64,000 nucleotides of DNA from a virus (IMGVR_UViG_3300028591_000077), one strand, 5' to 3'; positions 50,100 to 61,752 are shown, numbered from the stretch's first letter. Notes: generated by a model from the letters alone, not told the origin. Program-made: numbers and translations.

Positions 50100-51648
50100 A
50101 AAGATGAAACAAGAAGACATGAATTACTCTTTTAACCTCTTCGTTGAGGAACAAGATGGCACTTTAACCGACACTGGAGTCAAATTAAAGCCTGCAACGA
50201 TGCCAAATTTCAACGAAAAACCTAAGAATTCTCGGGTTAAAACTAAAAAATCACCCGAAAATAATGGTGAAATCATTAAAAAAGACGCATTAGAGCTTGC
50301 AAGAGACAATTACCGTGAATACGGTATCTACGTTGGCTCTGGCCGTGCCTATCCAGGACTATTAGATGGCGCGAAATCTTCATATAAACGTGCTATTTAC
50401 GGCATGTGGAAAGATTCGCCAAGAAGTATCGTCAAAGTCGCTGAGTTAGCCGCTGCTGCATTACCTTATCACCCTCACCCAACGTCTATTTCAGGCGTTA
50501 TCGTTCAATTAGGTGAGAACGGCAATAAATTCAAATTCATGAAGACACAAGGTAACTGGGGTGATTCAAGCAAAGGTATTCAAGCTTCCGCCGACCGTTA
50601 TATCGGCGGTATGCTGTCTGATTTATCATTAGAGTTGTTATGCGATGGCATGGAATATTGCAATTACGTAACTGGTGAAATCGATAAGCCAGAACCTGAG
50701 GCTTTGCCTGCTTTGATTCCTCTTTGCTTCATCAATGGACAATCCGGCATTCCTTCTGGCCTTCCAAAATTGAATATCCCTTGCTTAGATATCGGCGGAA
50801 TGTTTGATTATTACATCGATATCTTAAAACATAAAGATTTGAATTATACCCCAAAGCATGCTCCTATTCCGAATTTAGGCGTTAATATCCTATCTACACA
50901 AAAAGAGTGGGAAGAAGTTATCCAAAAAGGCAATGGCTCAATTAAGGTCGCGTCTAAAATGGAAATCGACAAGAAAGGCGTCATCGTTATTTCAGCTCTT
51001 CCTTCATCAAAGACCGTAGAGCATGTCAGAAAGATTATCGAAAAAGAAATCCTTCAAGACAAGCTTGATCTTAGAGACGAATCTACTTATGAAACTAGAA
51101 TCGTAATTGAGAAAGTCCCTAAGAAACAATGTGACATGAAGGAAATCTTTGATAGATTGGATAAGAAACTTCAAACGACCGAATCTTATAATATGGCTTT
51201 CTTCGATAAAGACCATATCTATGTTCCTGCCGGATTCGACTTCGTTGTGAAAGCCAACTTGAATTACCTGATTCAAACTCATACAAACAGATTGACCCAT
51301 CAAATTCAAGACAACAAAGCCAAGTTAGAAGTCTTGCAGATTATCGAAAAACTTAAAAGCACGAACAACTGGAAAAGCATATTCGACTTATCCTATGAAG
51401 ATGCTATTAAGTTCTTGGTTAGCAAGTTCAAGTGCTCTGAAGACGTCGCCACTAACGTTCTTAGAAAGCCAATCTCTTATTTGACCAAGGCACATCAGCA
51501 AGAAATCGATGATTTAGTCAAATTGATTGCTGATTTAGAAGCAGATAAATCTGATATTTATGAGATGCTTCTAAAGAAGTATAGAACCGTAAAATCAAAG
51601 ATTTTAAAAGAAATTAATGAAAATACAACCGTGTTTCTAACCAAATAA
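50092..51648 (+). CDS. Type IIA topoisomerase A subunit (GyrA/ParC-like, no C-terminal pinwheel)
   Basis: RAYPGLLDG, YHPH, QGNWG, ASADRY catalytic Tyr; 518 aa. Confidence 0.9.
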   Translation: MAKKMKQEDMNYSFNLFVEEQDGTLTDTGVKLKPATMPNFNEKPKNSRVKTKKSPENNGEIIKKDALELARDNYREYGIYVGSGRAYPGLLDGAKSSYKRAIYGMWKDSPRSIVKVAELAAAALPYHPHPTSISGVIVQLGENGNKFKFMKTQGNWGDSSKGIQASADRYIGGMLSDLSLELLCDGMEYCNYVTGEIDKPEPEALPALIPLCFINGQSGIPSGLPKLNIPCLDIGGMFDYYIDILKHKDLNYTPKHAPIPNLGVNILSTQKEWEEVIQKGNGSIKVASKMEIDKKGVIVISALPSSKTVEHVRKIIEKEILQDKLDLRDESTYETRIVIEKVPKKQCDMKEIFDRLDKKLQTTESYNMAFFDKDHIYVPAGFDFVVKANLNYLIQTHTNRLTHQIQDNKAKLEVLQIIEKLKSTNNWKSIFDLSYEDAIKFLVSKFKCSEDVATNVLRKPISYLTKAHQQEIDDLVKLIADLEADKSDIYEMLLKKYRTVKSKILKEINENTTVFLTK

Positions 51649-51697
51649 GCACGGTTTTATTGTATAATATTATAGGTGTACTCACGGAGGAACTTTT

Positions 51698-52012
51698 ATG
51701 ACACATGCAGAATTTGAAACCGTCGTCAATGAAATGATGAGCGAAATCAAACAAACTTTAGTTGCAAAAACAGCAGAATATAGTGTTGAAAGTGATAGAT
51801 TAAGCATTTTCAAGCATATTGCAGCTTTAACTCAAGGCACCCCGGCTCAAGCTTTGACTGGATTAGTCGCAAAACAAATTACTTCTTTATATGAAATGGT
51901 CAACAGCAAACAAGCTTATGATGATAGCGTATGGAATGAAAAGCTTAAAGATATAATTATTTACATGCTTTTACTTAAAGCCACCGTTAAAGACACAGGA
52001 TTGGTTAAATAA
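51698..52012 (+). CDS. DUF1599/Nmad1-like nucleotide-modification-associated protein
   Basis: K.AEYS..DRL..FK...KL.DII.Y pattern. Confidence 0.55.
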   Translation: MTHAEFETVVNEMMSEIKQTLVAKTAEYSVESDRLSIFKHIAALTQGTPAQALTGLVAKQITSLYEMVNSKQAYDDSVWNEKLKDIIIYMLLLKATVKDTGLVK

Positions 52013-52866
52013 TGAAAACTTATTTTGTTGTAAGTGACATACATTCATTCTATACTCCGCTTAAAAAAGCCTTATGACAAGCTGGTTTTAGAAGAACCAA
52101 TAAAGACCATATATTGATTGTTTGTGGAGACTTGTTTGATAGGGGTGAGGAAACATTAGAAGTTTATAACTATATTAAATCCTTACCAAGATCAAGAAGA
52201 ATCCTTGTCAGAGGTAATCATGAGGCTTTGTATTTAGACCTTTTAAAGAAAAGAGTACCCGATTCATATGATTTTTCGAATGGCACAGTAAGAACATTCT
52301 GCGCTATTGCTGGAATGTCAGAAGAAGTCTTAACTGCTGCTCATTGGTATAAGACAGGTATTAGTGGTTATGAAATCTATGATAGAATATCTGAAACATG
52401 GAGAACCATTGTCGATGAAGTTAAAGAGTCTTCAGTAACAAAATTTATTAAATCTAAAGCTGATTGGATTAATTATTATGAATTAGGTAAATATATATTC
52501 GTTCATAGCTTTATTCCATTAAAAGATAATTATCCTGGTGGCTATTATTCAATTTATGATGACCCTAAAAAGCGTTATGAATATACGTCTAATTGGAGAA
52601 ATGCTTCTGACCATGACTGGGAAGAAGCTACTTGGGGTTGTCCATATGACTTATACGATAATGGCTTATTCCAGCCAGAAGAAGATAAAGGTAAGATTCT
52701 AGTTTGTGGACATTGGCATGCAGCAGCATTTCATGAACGCTATGAAGATGCTGATTATATGGCAAACCATAACATATATATCGGAGAGCATTTAATAGCT
52801 TTAGATGCTTGCACGGTATTGTCTAATCAAATAAATGTATTAGTTATCAACGAAAATGACGTTTAA
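52012..52866 (+). CDS. Metallophosphoesterase (TGA=Trp at codon 22)
   Basis: First motif SDIH lies upstream of TGA 52075; then GDLFDRG, GNHE, FVH, GHWH. Confidence 0.9.
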
Positions 52867-52969
52867 TGCGTCATTTTTATTAATTATAAAAATATTGTAT
52901 AATATAACAGAAGAAAATTCAAAGGCCCAAAAGGCCGATTTGTAGCTCAAAAGGCGAAGGAGAATTAAT

Positions 52970-53890
52970 ATGTCAGTATTTTCAGGCAAATGCGATTTAT
53001 ATGATCACATTGGCGGTTGTGCCGGTTGATATGACCGTGAAGGAAATCCTGTTAAATTCGGAGAAGGCCATGGTGCATATTATGGCGACGAATATAGAGA
53101 TTTCTTAGAATTCAAAAGAAGAACCGGTGGTGTTATGCATCAACACCAAAAAGTAAAAGTTACCGAATGGAACCAAGATGAAGTTGCTAAAAAGCTTCCA
53201 GGTCAATTTGAAGTAATTAAACATGAACATCTTATTGAAGATAAAAGATGCAAAGAAGGCCACAAAACAAAAGTAACTTATACTTATAAGTATTGGGGTA
53301 GAGAATATTTGAATTTAAAAGATTTGAATAAGCATGGAGTTTATGTCACTATTGATATTCACTTCGATTCAATCTTAGATTTGATTCCTTATTATCCTTA
53401 TATTGTTTCTGCTTGCTGCAGCAATAATGGAAAAGAGACTGTGTTTATTTCTAAAGAAAGCTTTGTTATTTCTGAACGAGATGAATTATATGAAAGAGGC
53501 CATTTCTCAGACAGTTGGCAATGGTATACTAAGAAATTACAAGAGCATTACTTTGAAATTTGCAGAGATATCCTCTGCTATAAGCTTGAAGAAAGAACAA
53601 AGACAGTTGCGATAACTTCAGATAGATTGCTTTGCCCAGTAGAACCAGAAGATGGTGACTATGTAATTCCAGTCGATGATGAAATCGACTGCAATCATAG
53701 ACTTGAGTTTGTTTGGGATGATGGAACAATCCATACTCATTGGACTTCACCAAAAAGAGACGGATTGCATGATATTGTAATTTCCCGTCAAGATGTCGAA
53801 GGATTCTTAAAGGAAGATATTAAAAACGGAACAGTAAAAGTTAAGTATGTTGCGGTTCCAGAAGGAGGTTTCCCACTTTATTTGGGATAG
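52970..53890 (+). CDS. Hypothetical protein (TGA=Trp)
   Basis: AAGGAG RBS at ATG 52970, in frame with the track ORF 53135. Confidence 0.7.
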
Positions 53891-53893
53891 ACT

Positions 53894-54274
53894 ATGAATT
53901 TACAGTATTTTAGTAAAGAAGACATTAAGAATGGAACATTCACCAGTTTCGTTAAAACATTAGTAGATTTCGGAAATACTTCTGAAAATCATTATAATGA
54001 TATTAGAATTGCGCCGCTTGATTGTGGAGCAGTTCAAGTTGAATGAGAAGAAATAAACTTCAAGCATAAGAATGAAGAGGGTGAATTCGTCTTTGTTGAT
54101 TCAGATCATGTTGTCCTAAAGGAGCTAATTTTGCCGGACGAATCGATTCATTATATCTTCGACGAAGAGGATGAAAACCAAATAATCAAAGATTGGTTAA
54201 AAGAGCACCCAACGTGGAAAAGAAGTAAAACAACTGGCAGATATTATGATGCCGGAGAAGAAAAAGCCGAATAA
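53894..54274 (+). CDS. Hypothetical protein (TGA=Trp)
   Basis: Fills the gap between genes, one internal TGA. Confidence 0.65.
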
Positions 54275-54334
54275 AATCGGCTTCTTTTCTTGTTATTTAT
54301 TGTATAATATATTAGGTATACTTGGAGGTAGGAC

Positions 54335-55180
54335 ATGAGTCAAGCCGATAAATATTTTAAAGAAGAAGTTAATAAACTATTAACAGAAGGTTTTAATGAT
54401 AAGGATTTTGAAGTCAGACCACATTGGCCAGATGGAACTCCTGCTCATACAATTAAAACATTTTGTGCTATCCGTAGATATGATTTAAGCAAAGAATTTC
54501 CAGCATTAACACTTAGAACTCAAGCATTCAAAGGAGTTGTTAGAGAATTACTTTGGATGTGGCAAAAGAAGTCTAATATTGTTGATGAATTAGGTAAATC
54601 AGCAGGAATTTGGAGAGCTTGGGAAAGACCTGATGGAACCATCGGTAAAACATATGGTTATCAATTAGGTAAAGTTTCTCATTACTCTTATGGTGATTTC
54701 GATCAAGTTGATAATCTTATCTATTTATTGAAGAATAAACCAATGGACCGCAGAATGATTGTTACAATGTGGTGCCCAGGTGATTTATGGGATATGGCGC
54801 TTCCGCCATGCGTCTATGAATCTATTTGGGATGTTACTGATGGAAAGCTTAACTGCACATTGATTCAACGTTCTGGTGACTTACTTGCTGCTGCTTGTTC
54901 AGGAGGTTGGGATACCATGGAATATGCTGTCCTTCAACATATGCTTGCGCAAGTCTGTGGTTACAAAGTCGGTGAATTAGTGCATATCGTTAATAATTTA
55001 CATATTTATGACAGACATATTGAAGCCGTCAAAAAAGTTTGTGAAAACCCAGAATATGACGCTCCAACCTTATGGATTAATCCTGAAGTTAAAGACTTCT
55101 ATGCATTTACAGAAGATGACTTCAGATTAGATAACTACCAATCAACTAAACTTACTGAAAAATTTGAGGTCGCTGAATAA
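54335..55180 (+). CDS. thyA: Thymidylate synthase
   Basis: ELLW, GKTYGYQ, RRMIV, MALPPC, QRSGD, NLHIYDRH. Confidence 0.97.
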   Translation: MSQADKYFKEEVNKLLTEGFNDKDFEVRPHWPDGTPAHTIKTFCAIRRYDLSKEFPALTLRTQAFKGVVRELLWMWQKKSNIVDELGKSAGIWRAWERPDGTIGKTYGYQLGKVSHYSYGDFDQVDNLIYLLKNKPMDRRMIVTMWCPGDLWDMALPPCVYESIWDVTDGKLNCTLIQRSGDLLAAACSGGWDTMEYAVLQHMLAQVCGYKVGELVHIVNNLHIYDRHIEAVKKVCENPEYDAPTLWINPEVKDFYAFTEDDFRLDNYQSTKLTEKFEVAE

Positions 55181-55650
55181 TGGCGAGCACTGCTCACGAC
55201 AGGATTTATACTCCTGAAGAAACAGCGAAAACTATTATCGGTAAGTTCAATCTTTCTGGAAAAGTATTAGACCCTTTCAGAGGTAAAGGAGCCTTCTATG
55301 ATAATTATCCAGAAGGGATTGAAAAAGATTGGTGTGAAATTGATGAAGGAAGAGATTTCTTCGATTATAAAGAAAAGGTCGATTGGATAGTTTCAAATCC
55401 TCCGTATTCAATCTTTGGTGAAGTGTTAAAGCACTCAATGGAATTGGCGGATAATATCGTCTATTTGATTCCATTAAACAAATTAACAAGCTCTTTTACA
55501 AGAGTTAAGGAACTCCACGATTTTGGTGGAATTCCATATATCTATCTCCTTAGTCCAAAAGCCTGCAATTTCCCATTTGGATTCTGCACATGCGCTGTGT
55601 GGATTAAAAAAGGATATAGAGGTGATACGAAAATGGAGGTCGCTGAATAA
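55180..55650 (+). CDS. Small SAM-dependent N6-adenine/N4-cytosine DNA methyltransferase-like protein
   Basis: LDPFRGKGAF and VSNPPY motifs. Confidence 0.75.
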   Translation: MASTAHDRIYTPEETAKTIIGKFNLSGKVLDPFRGKGAFYDNYPEGIEKDWCEIDEGRDFFDYKEKVDWIVSNPPYSIFGEVLKHSMELADNIVYLIPLNKLTSSFTRVKELHDFGGIPYIYLLSPKACNFPFGFCTCAVWIKKGYRGDTKMEVAE

Positions 55651-56078
55651 TGAAAGAAAATGATTTTGAATTAAAAATGGAACATAATGATATTATGGGT
55701 CAAAAAGCAGTTAACACAATTTATTATGGACAGCCAGAAGAGCATGTTGTTTGTCCTAAATGTGGAGAAGCTGCAAATTTAGATCCAGAAGTTTTAACTT
55801 CTATGCCACCTCAAAGACGTATTAGATGTCCACATTGTGGCTATGTCGGTTCTGATTTTTGTCATAATCTTCAAATATTTTATGATACTCCAAATAAGCC
55901 ATGGACATTTGATGGTACTATTAAAAGTGAAAACTTAAAGAGCTACACTAAATGTATTATTTGTGGTGATTTAGTTGCATTTAACATGGCAGCTCAGGAG
56001 CCAAGCGCACATGTCTGTGAAAATTGTAAAAGAGCTATTTTAAAACTTCGTAAAATGTTGGAGGAAGACAATGATTAA
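55650..56078 (+). CDS. Zinc-ribbon protein
   Basis: Four CxxC pairs. Confidence 0.7.
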   Translation: MKENDFELKMEHNDIMGQKAVNTIYYGQPEEHVVCPKCGEAANLDPEVLTSMPPQRRIRCPHCGYVGSDFCHNLQIFYDTPNKPWTFDGTIKSENLKSYTKCIICGDLVAFNMAAQEPSAHVCENCKRAILKLRKMLEEDND

Positions 56079-56610
56079 GGCAATCGTTTGCTGTGCTAAA
56101 GACTATGGAATTGGAAAAGCAAATGGCTTGCTTTTTGCTATTCCGGCAGATATGAAGCATTTTAGAGAAACTACAAAAGGAAATGTCTGCATTTTTGGCT
56201 ATAATACCTATATGAGCTTACAAAAGCGCCCATTGCCAAAAAGACTTAATTTAGTTCTTTGGGATAAAGCCAGTGGTGAATTTAATGATCTTGAAGGTGC
56301 TATTACATATAATAATTTAAACCAATTAATCCATTTCATTAATACTATTTCAAAAGTTATGGATGTATATATTTGTGGTGGAGCGATGCTTTATAAATAC
56401 TTTATTGAGCATCAATTAGTCGATGAAGTTGATATTACTTTTGTAGATGCTATTGACCCAGAAACAACTGCCTTCTTTCCAAAATTAGAGAAGTATGGAT
56501 ATCAAGTTAAAGATAAAGAATCTTATCATAAAGATGAAACTACAAATGGTTATTCTATTAGCAAACAAATTTGGGTTAAAGCTTCAAAAGAAAGTGAGTT
56601 TAGTAGATAA
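56071..56610 (+). CDS. folA: Dihydrofolate reductase
   Basis: GIG..NGL...IPADMKHF, GYNTY, RPLPKRLN, ICGGA.LY. Confidence 0.92.
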   Translation: MIKAIVCCAKDYGIGKANGLLFAIPADMKHFRETTKGNVCIFGYNTYMSLQKRPLPKRLNLVLWDKASGEFNDLEGAITYNNLNQLIHFINTISKVMDVYICGGAMLYKYFIEHQLVDEVDITFVDAIDPETTAFFPKLEKYGYQVKDKESYHKDETTNGYSISKQIWVKASKESEFSR

Positions 56611-57362
56611 TGGAAAATTTTACAGATAAGCTAGTTGTAGACTATGAGCACTCTGATTTATATAAGCAATTAGTAGCTTTGAATGAAGCTTTTAAAAATA
56701 CTACTAAACAAATAAATGGTGAAATTTTTATTTTACACAGTTTAGAAGCTCAATATTTTGATTTATTATATAGAAATCGTGTAGAGTTGTTATCAGAAGA
56801 ATGTTTACCAATTACTAAAGAAATAAATGATTTAGTTTATTATGTTTTAACACATGTTATTGCCGGTGGTGAATCTGGATTAGAAGTTGGGCAAACAACT
56901 TATAATGCTTCAGTAACAGAATATGGAATGCATAAAAATTATGGCTGGTCCTATGGTGGCAAAGGTGATTTAGATCATTTATATCATCATACAGGCACAG
57001 GATTTTCTGGCACAGACTTTGAATTAACAGATGCTTTTGAATTTACAACTTATGATAAAATATTAGCAAAACCTAGCCAATTTATTATTTCTGCTGGGTC
57101 TAAAGTTGATGCAAAAGACTTTATGACTAGAGAAACTATGGATACAAAATTAGCTAAGAATATTAATGGAAGTTTTGGACATTTTGGAGATTTTTTATTT
57201 ATTCATATAATTTCAGATAACAGTTATTATATTACTAAAAATATTGCAGGTGCAGAAGTTATTCCTGTTTTTGGTATATCGTCAAAAACTGCAGAATATC
57301 ACCAAGTAAAGCTTTCAGTTGATACAAATGGTTTTTTAGCTATAGATAAATATTATAATTAA
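56610..57362 (+). CDS. Hypothetical protein
   Basis: TAATG coupling, 250 aa. Confidence 0.75.
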   Translation: MENFTDKLVVDYEHSDLYKQLVALNEAFKNTTKQINGEIFILHSLEAQYFDLLYRNRVELLSEECLPITKEINDLVYYVLTHVIAGGESGLEVGQTTYNASVTEYGMHKNYGWSYGGKGDLDHLYHHTGTGFSGTDFELTDAFEFTTYDKILAKPSQFIISAGSKVDAKDFMTRETMDTKLAKNINGSFGHFGDFLFIHIISDNSYYITKNIAGAEVIPVFGISSKTAEYHQVKLSVDTNGFLAIDKYYN

Positions 57363-57363
57363 G

Positions 57364-57858
57364 ATGCAATTTTATATAGGATACTTTCAAGAATTAAAAT
57401 GGTTTGATAAAACACACGTAGTTATTGATACTTCGTTATGGTCTCCCAAATGGTTAGATCCATCAAATGGTAAGCGTCAATATGTCAATGAAAACGGTGT
57501 TGTAATTGGAATCAAAGAAGAAAGCTTTTTAATGACAGAAGATGAGATTCCAGAAGAGATGTGCTCTGGAAAACCTTGTCCTTATATTGATAAATGGCCA
57601 CATTGTCAGTTCTTAGATGCTTATTGGAAGCATTTACAGAAAATAGACTTTGAAGGTTATTTACTTCCTGAGTTAAACAGGATTGCAGAAGACGTTAGAA
57701 AAATAACACATTATGAAGGTGAACCAAAGATTGTCTTGATGGTTCATGAAAAACCTGAGAATCAATGCTCTGAAAGGTTAGGCTTAATTAGACTATTCAA
57801 AGAACATGGAATTGAATTAAAAGAATGGACAAAAGAATTAATAGGTGAGGTATTTTAG
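57364..57858 (+). CDS. Hypothetical protein (weak DUF488-like LxxHEK..CSER)
   Basis: 164 aa, operon context. Confidence 0.6.
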   Translation: MQFYIGYFQELKWFDKTHVVIDTSLWSPKWLDPSNGKRQYVNENGVVIGIKEESFLMTEDEIPEEMCSGKPCPYIDKWPHCQFLDAYWKHLQKIDFEGYLLPELNRIAEDVRKITHYEGEPKIVLMVHEKPENQCSERLGLIRLFKEHGIELKEWTKELIGEVF

Positions 57859-58122
57859 ATGTTTATATTTATGATTATTATCGGAGCCATTATGTCCTTC
57901 TTTGGAGGAGTAATATTTTTCTCATCTTATACAGCAATTAAGAACGAAGCTAATTGGAATGACTTTATTGAACATGTCCAAAAAGAAAATAGTCCAATTG
58001 CTAACTATCCAGAAGACGTTGTGTATAATTTAGTTTGTAAAATCAATAGATTTTCTTGTATAATATTAATAATAGGGCTTTTATGTTTAGGCAGCGGTGT
58101 TGCTTTGACGGCCATAAGATAG
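57859..58122 (+). CDS. Two-TM membrane protein
   Basis: Two hydrophobic segments. Confidence 0.7.
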   Translation: MFIFMIIIGAIMSFFGGVIFFSSYTAIKNEANWNDFIEHVQKENSPIANYPEDVVYNLVCKINRFSCIILIIGLLCLGSGVALTAIR

Positions 58123-58133
58123 GAGATAGCATA

Positions 58134-58277
58134 ATGGGAACTCGTGAAGAATATGTTCACAGAAGACTAATGGAATTAGCATTTATTGCTGAGACCAGAG
58201 AACTTGATGAAGTTGAAAAAGAAGAAGAAAGACGATTATCAGAAGAGGTTGAATCATTTAAAAAAGAGGAAAAGTAA
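58134..58277 (+). CDS. Small hypothetical protein
   Basis: AGGAG RBS. Confidence 0.55.
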   Translation: MGTREEYVHRRLMELAFIAETRELDEVEKEEERRLSEEVESFKKEEK

Positions 58278-59899
58278 TGAAGAATATTTTAGAAATAACC
58301 AAAGGTCTTGGTATTCCCGAACAATATGTTATACCTATTGGTTGGGATAAAGCTAAGATCGATTTGAAATACAAAGAAGTTTTAAAAAATAAAAAAGATG
58401 GTAAATTAGTTTTAGTTACCGCCATTACTCCAACGAAAGCTGGAGAAGGCAAAACCACAACCACAATTGGTTTACACGATGGTTTACGAAAAATCGGTAT
58501 AAATTCATTAGCTTGTTTACGTGAACCTTCTTTAGGTCCTGTTTGGGGAATTAAAGGTGGTGCTGTTGGTGCCTTAAAATCAACTATTGTCCCAAGTGAT
58601 GATATCAATCTTCATTTTACTGGTGACTATCATGCTTTAACTGCAACTATTAACCTTATTTCTGCAGTTATTGATAATCATATTTATCAAGGTAATGAAC
58701 TTGATTTAGACCCAGAAAATATCGTTTGGAAACGCGCTCTTGACGTTAATGACCGCGCACTTAGAAGTGTCACTGTTGCCCAAGATGACAAGAAAGCTAC
58801 TCCAAGACATGATGAATTCACGATTACAGTCGCATCAGAGTTAATGACTATTTATGTTCTTTCTGAGACTGAAGAAGAATTCATGGAAAGAGTTAACAAC
58901 GTTCTTATTGCCTATAATAGAAAAGGTGAACCTGTCTATCTCAAAGACCTTCATATCTCTAAAGCATTATTAAAGATGATGAAGACTGCAATGAGCCCAA
59001 ATGTTGTTCAAACCTTAGAAGAGAATCCTGTTCTTGTTCACGGCGGACCATTCGCTAATATCTCTATCGGCGTTAACTCTGTTAATGCTACAAAAATGGC
59101 TCTTAAAATGGCTGATGTTGTAGTCACTGAAGCAGGATTCGGTTCTGACCTCGGTGCTGAAAAATTCCTTGACATCAAATGTCAAAAAGCAGGAATTCAT
59201 CCAAATGCAATCGTTTTAGTTGCTACTGCCAGAGCTCTTAAACTTCATGGTGGTGTTAAATTTGAAGACCTTGAAAAAGAGAATATCGAGGCCATTAAAG
59301 CTGGTATCTGTAACTTAAAAAAGCATGCGGAAAATGCCGTTAAATATGGTGTTCCAGTTGTAATCTCCATCAATAGATTCCCAAGTGATACTGATGCTGA
59401 AGTTGACACTATTATGAACTGGTGTGATGAAAATGGTTTCTTAGCCGCTGTTAATACTGCTGCATTAGAAGGTGGTATCGGAGGCGAAGCTCTTGCCAAT
59501 TTAGTTATGTTCGTTTTAGCTGGACAAGAAGCTGAAATTGAATTTTATAAAGATAACTTTAAGCCACTTTATAAATGGGATGAGCCTATTTTAGATAAAA
59601 TATCTAAGATTTGCACAGAAATTTATGGTGCTGGCAATGTTGAGTATACGGATGAAGCCAAAGAACAAATTGCTAAATATGAAGCAATGGGTTATGGCAA
59701 ATTACCTGTTTGTGTATCTAAGACCCCTAATTCATTAACAGATGATGCAAAGATTTTAGGCGCTCCAACCGGATTCACCATTCACATCAGAGAGGTTAGA
59801 TTATACTCTGGTGCAGGCTTAATTGTTCCTCTCTCAGGAAGCTTACTATTAATGCCAGGTCTTCCAAAAGAGCCACGTTGCTTAGATAAATTTAATTAG
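58277..59899 (+). CDS. fhs: Formate--tetrahydrofolate ligase
   Basis: TPTKAGEGKTTT, GIKGGA, INLHFTGD, HGGPFANI, VTEAGFG.DLGAEKF, MPGLPK. Confidence 0.97.
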   Translation: MKNILEITKGLGIPEQYVIPIGWDKAKIDLKYKEVLKNKKDGKLVLVTAITPTKAGEGKTTTTIGLHDGLRKIGINSLACLREPSLGPVWGIKGGAVGALKSTIVPSDDINLHFTGDYHALTATINLISAVIDNHIYQGNELDLDPENIVWKRALDVNDRALRSVTVAQDDKKATPRHDEFTITVASELMTIYVLSETEEEFMERVNNVLIAYNRKGEPVYLKDLHISKALLKMMKTAMSPNVVQTLEENPVLVHGGPFANISIGVNSVNATKMALKMADVVVTEAGFGSDLGAEKFLDIKCQKAGIHPNAIVLVATARALKLHGGVKFEDLEKENIEAIKAGICNLKKHAENAVKYGVPVVISINRFPSDTDAEVDTIMNWCDENGFLAAVNTAALEGGIGGEALANLVMFVLAGQEAEIEFYKDNFKPLYKWDEPILDKISKICTEIYGAGNVEYTDEAKEQIAKYEAMGYGKLPVCVSKTPNSLTDDAKILGAPTGFTIHIREVRLYSGAGLIVPLSGSLLLMPGLPKEPRCLDKFN

Positions 59900-59908
59900 G
59901 AGACACGC

Positions 59909-60361
59909 ATGATTATTAGTGCATTTCAAGGAATTGGAAAAACAACCTTAGCAAAATCAAGATTAGATATCATTGATTTTGAGTCATCAAGTTTTGATAA
60001 ATCAAATCCAAATTGGTATGTAGACTATTGTAAAGCTGCTTTGGATTTAGACAAACAAGGCTATATTGTGTTCGTATCATCTCATAAAGTAGTCAGAGAT
60101 TACTTAATTAATTCTGGTGTAAAATACTTTATGATTATGTATAGCAAAGACTTAAAGGATTTTGCAGTTGATAAAGTCAAAGTTAGATATGAACAAGATC
60201 CAAGCGATAAAAATAAAAGAGCTATGGACAAAGCAGCAGGCATGTTTGATGCTATTTATGATGAAGTAATTACTGATACTGCCACTGGTTTACAGATTTA
60301 TTTAATCGATGATAAAAATTATAATTTAGGAGCTATTGTTGATAAACTCAATAGAGAATAA
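59909..60361 (+). CDS. P-loop kinase-like protein
   Basis: IISAFQGIGKTT Walker A, DFESS. Confidence 0.7.
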   Translation: MIISAFQGIGKTTLAKSRLDIIDFESSSFDKSNPNWYVDYCKAALDLDKQGYIVFVSSHKVVRDYLINSGVKYFMIMYSKDLKDFAVDKVKVRYEQDPSDKNKRAMDKAAGMFDAIYDEVITDTATGLQIYLIDDKNYNLGAIVDKLNRE

Positions 60362-60521
60362 TTATGGGAAAACAATATACTAAATGCGATTTCTGCAGTT
60401 TCCACACAGCATCTGGCTGTAGTGCTAGACCAGATTCTCATTATTGCAAAGAGGCTCTTGATGAGTTCTATGCATGGCTAAGAGAACAAAGAGGCAATAA
60501 AAATAAAGGACGAAGATAACT

Positions 60522-61319
60522 ATGCAAATAATTAAAGAATACGTTGAAGAAAAGAAAGAAAAACTTAAGCACACTATCTCTGAGGCTGATAATATTAAAA
60601 TGGTCATCATTCAGGTAGGCCATGTCCCAGCTTCCGATAGATATGTAAGAAATAAAATAAAAGATGCTGAATCTGTTGGTATCTTATGCGAATTGAACAA
60701 TCTTCCAGAAGATATTACCGAAGAAGCATTATTAAAGTTAATGGAAGGCTTAAATCACGATGATGCCGTTACTGGTTATCTCGTTCAACTTCCACTCCCA
60801 AAGCATATCAGTGAAGAAAAAGTTAAGTTAGCCATTGCTCCTGAAAAAGATATTGATGGCTTCCATCCATTATCAAAAACAGTTCCGGCAACGCCATTAG
60901 GAATCTATAATTACCTTAAAGATATGAATTATGAATTCCTTGGAAAAAACGCAGTTGTTATTGGCCGTTCAAATATCGTTGGTAAACCTATGGCACAATT
61001 GCTTTTAAAAGAAAGCATGAACGTAACGGTTCTTCATTCAAAGACCAAATATGAGGATAAGCTTTATTACCTTAGAAATGCAGATTTAATTGTTGTGGCT
61101 ACTGGCCATATGAAAACATTAACTGTTGAAGAGGTTAGCTTAAATGTCAAGCCTGATGCCATCGTATTTGATGTTGGAATCAATGTTAAAGAAGATGGTA
61201 AGTTAGCAGGAGACTGCGAAAAAGACTTACCAGTTGCATTCCAAAGTCCAGTCCCTGGTGGTGTCGGTCTATTGACGAGAATCGCAGTTATCGATAATCT
61301 ATTAGAGCTTAGAAAATAA
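60522..61319 (+). CDS. folD: Methylene-THF dehydrogenase/cyclohydrolase
   Basis: YVRNK, VQLPLP, KDIDGFHP, GRSNIVGKP, SPVPGGVG. Confidence 0.95.
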   Translation: MQIIKEYVEEKKEKLKHTISEADNIKMVIIQVGHVPASDRYVRNKIKDAESVGILCELNNLPEDITEEALLKLMEGLNHDDAVTGYLVQLPLPKHISEEKVKLAIAPEKDIDGFHPLSKTVPATPLGIYNYLKDMNYEFLGKNAVVIGRSNIVGKPMAQLLLKESMNVTVLHSKTKYEDKLYYLRNADLIVVATGHMKTLTVEEVSLNVKPDAIVFDVGINVKEDGKLAGDCEKDLPVAFQSPVPGGVGLLTRIAVIDNLLELRK

Positions 61320-61365
61320 GCTCTTTTTATTTTATTTGCTAAATTATAAGATGAGGTGTTAGATT

Positions 61366-61752
61366 ATGAACTTATTTGACTTACCTGGTTTTGAAGATTT
61401 TATCGGTGGCTTAGAAGGCCAAATAATTGATGGAGACTGCTTTGGTGTTTTTGACGCAGATCATAAAAGAAAAGTCATGGAGTTGACTAACAAAGACCCA
61501 GGATATTTTGAACTTATTCAAAGACGCTGTGGAATTAGCGAAGCTGATGGCGATGAATATTATGGACCTGACAAAAATGTTAGAATTATTAATATAGACC
61601 ATTTTGCTATTAAAGCAGAATTAAAAGATAAACTTGAAGAATACAGACAAAAAATTTATAAAGTCATCGATGATATTTATGAGCATCAAGATGAAATTGA
61701 TGTAGAATTCAAGCTTGAAGAATACGGATATGAAGGATGTGAGGATTTCTAA
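61366..61752 (+). CDS. Hypothetical protein
   Basis: GAGG RBS. Confidence 0.7.
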   Translation: MNLFDLPGFEDFIGGLEGQIIDGDCFGVFDADHKRKVMELTNKDPGYFELIQRRCGISEADGDEYYGPDKNVRIINIDHFAIKAELKDKLEEYRQKIYKVIDDIYEHQDEIDVEFKLEEYGYEGCEDF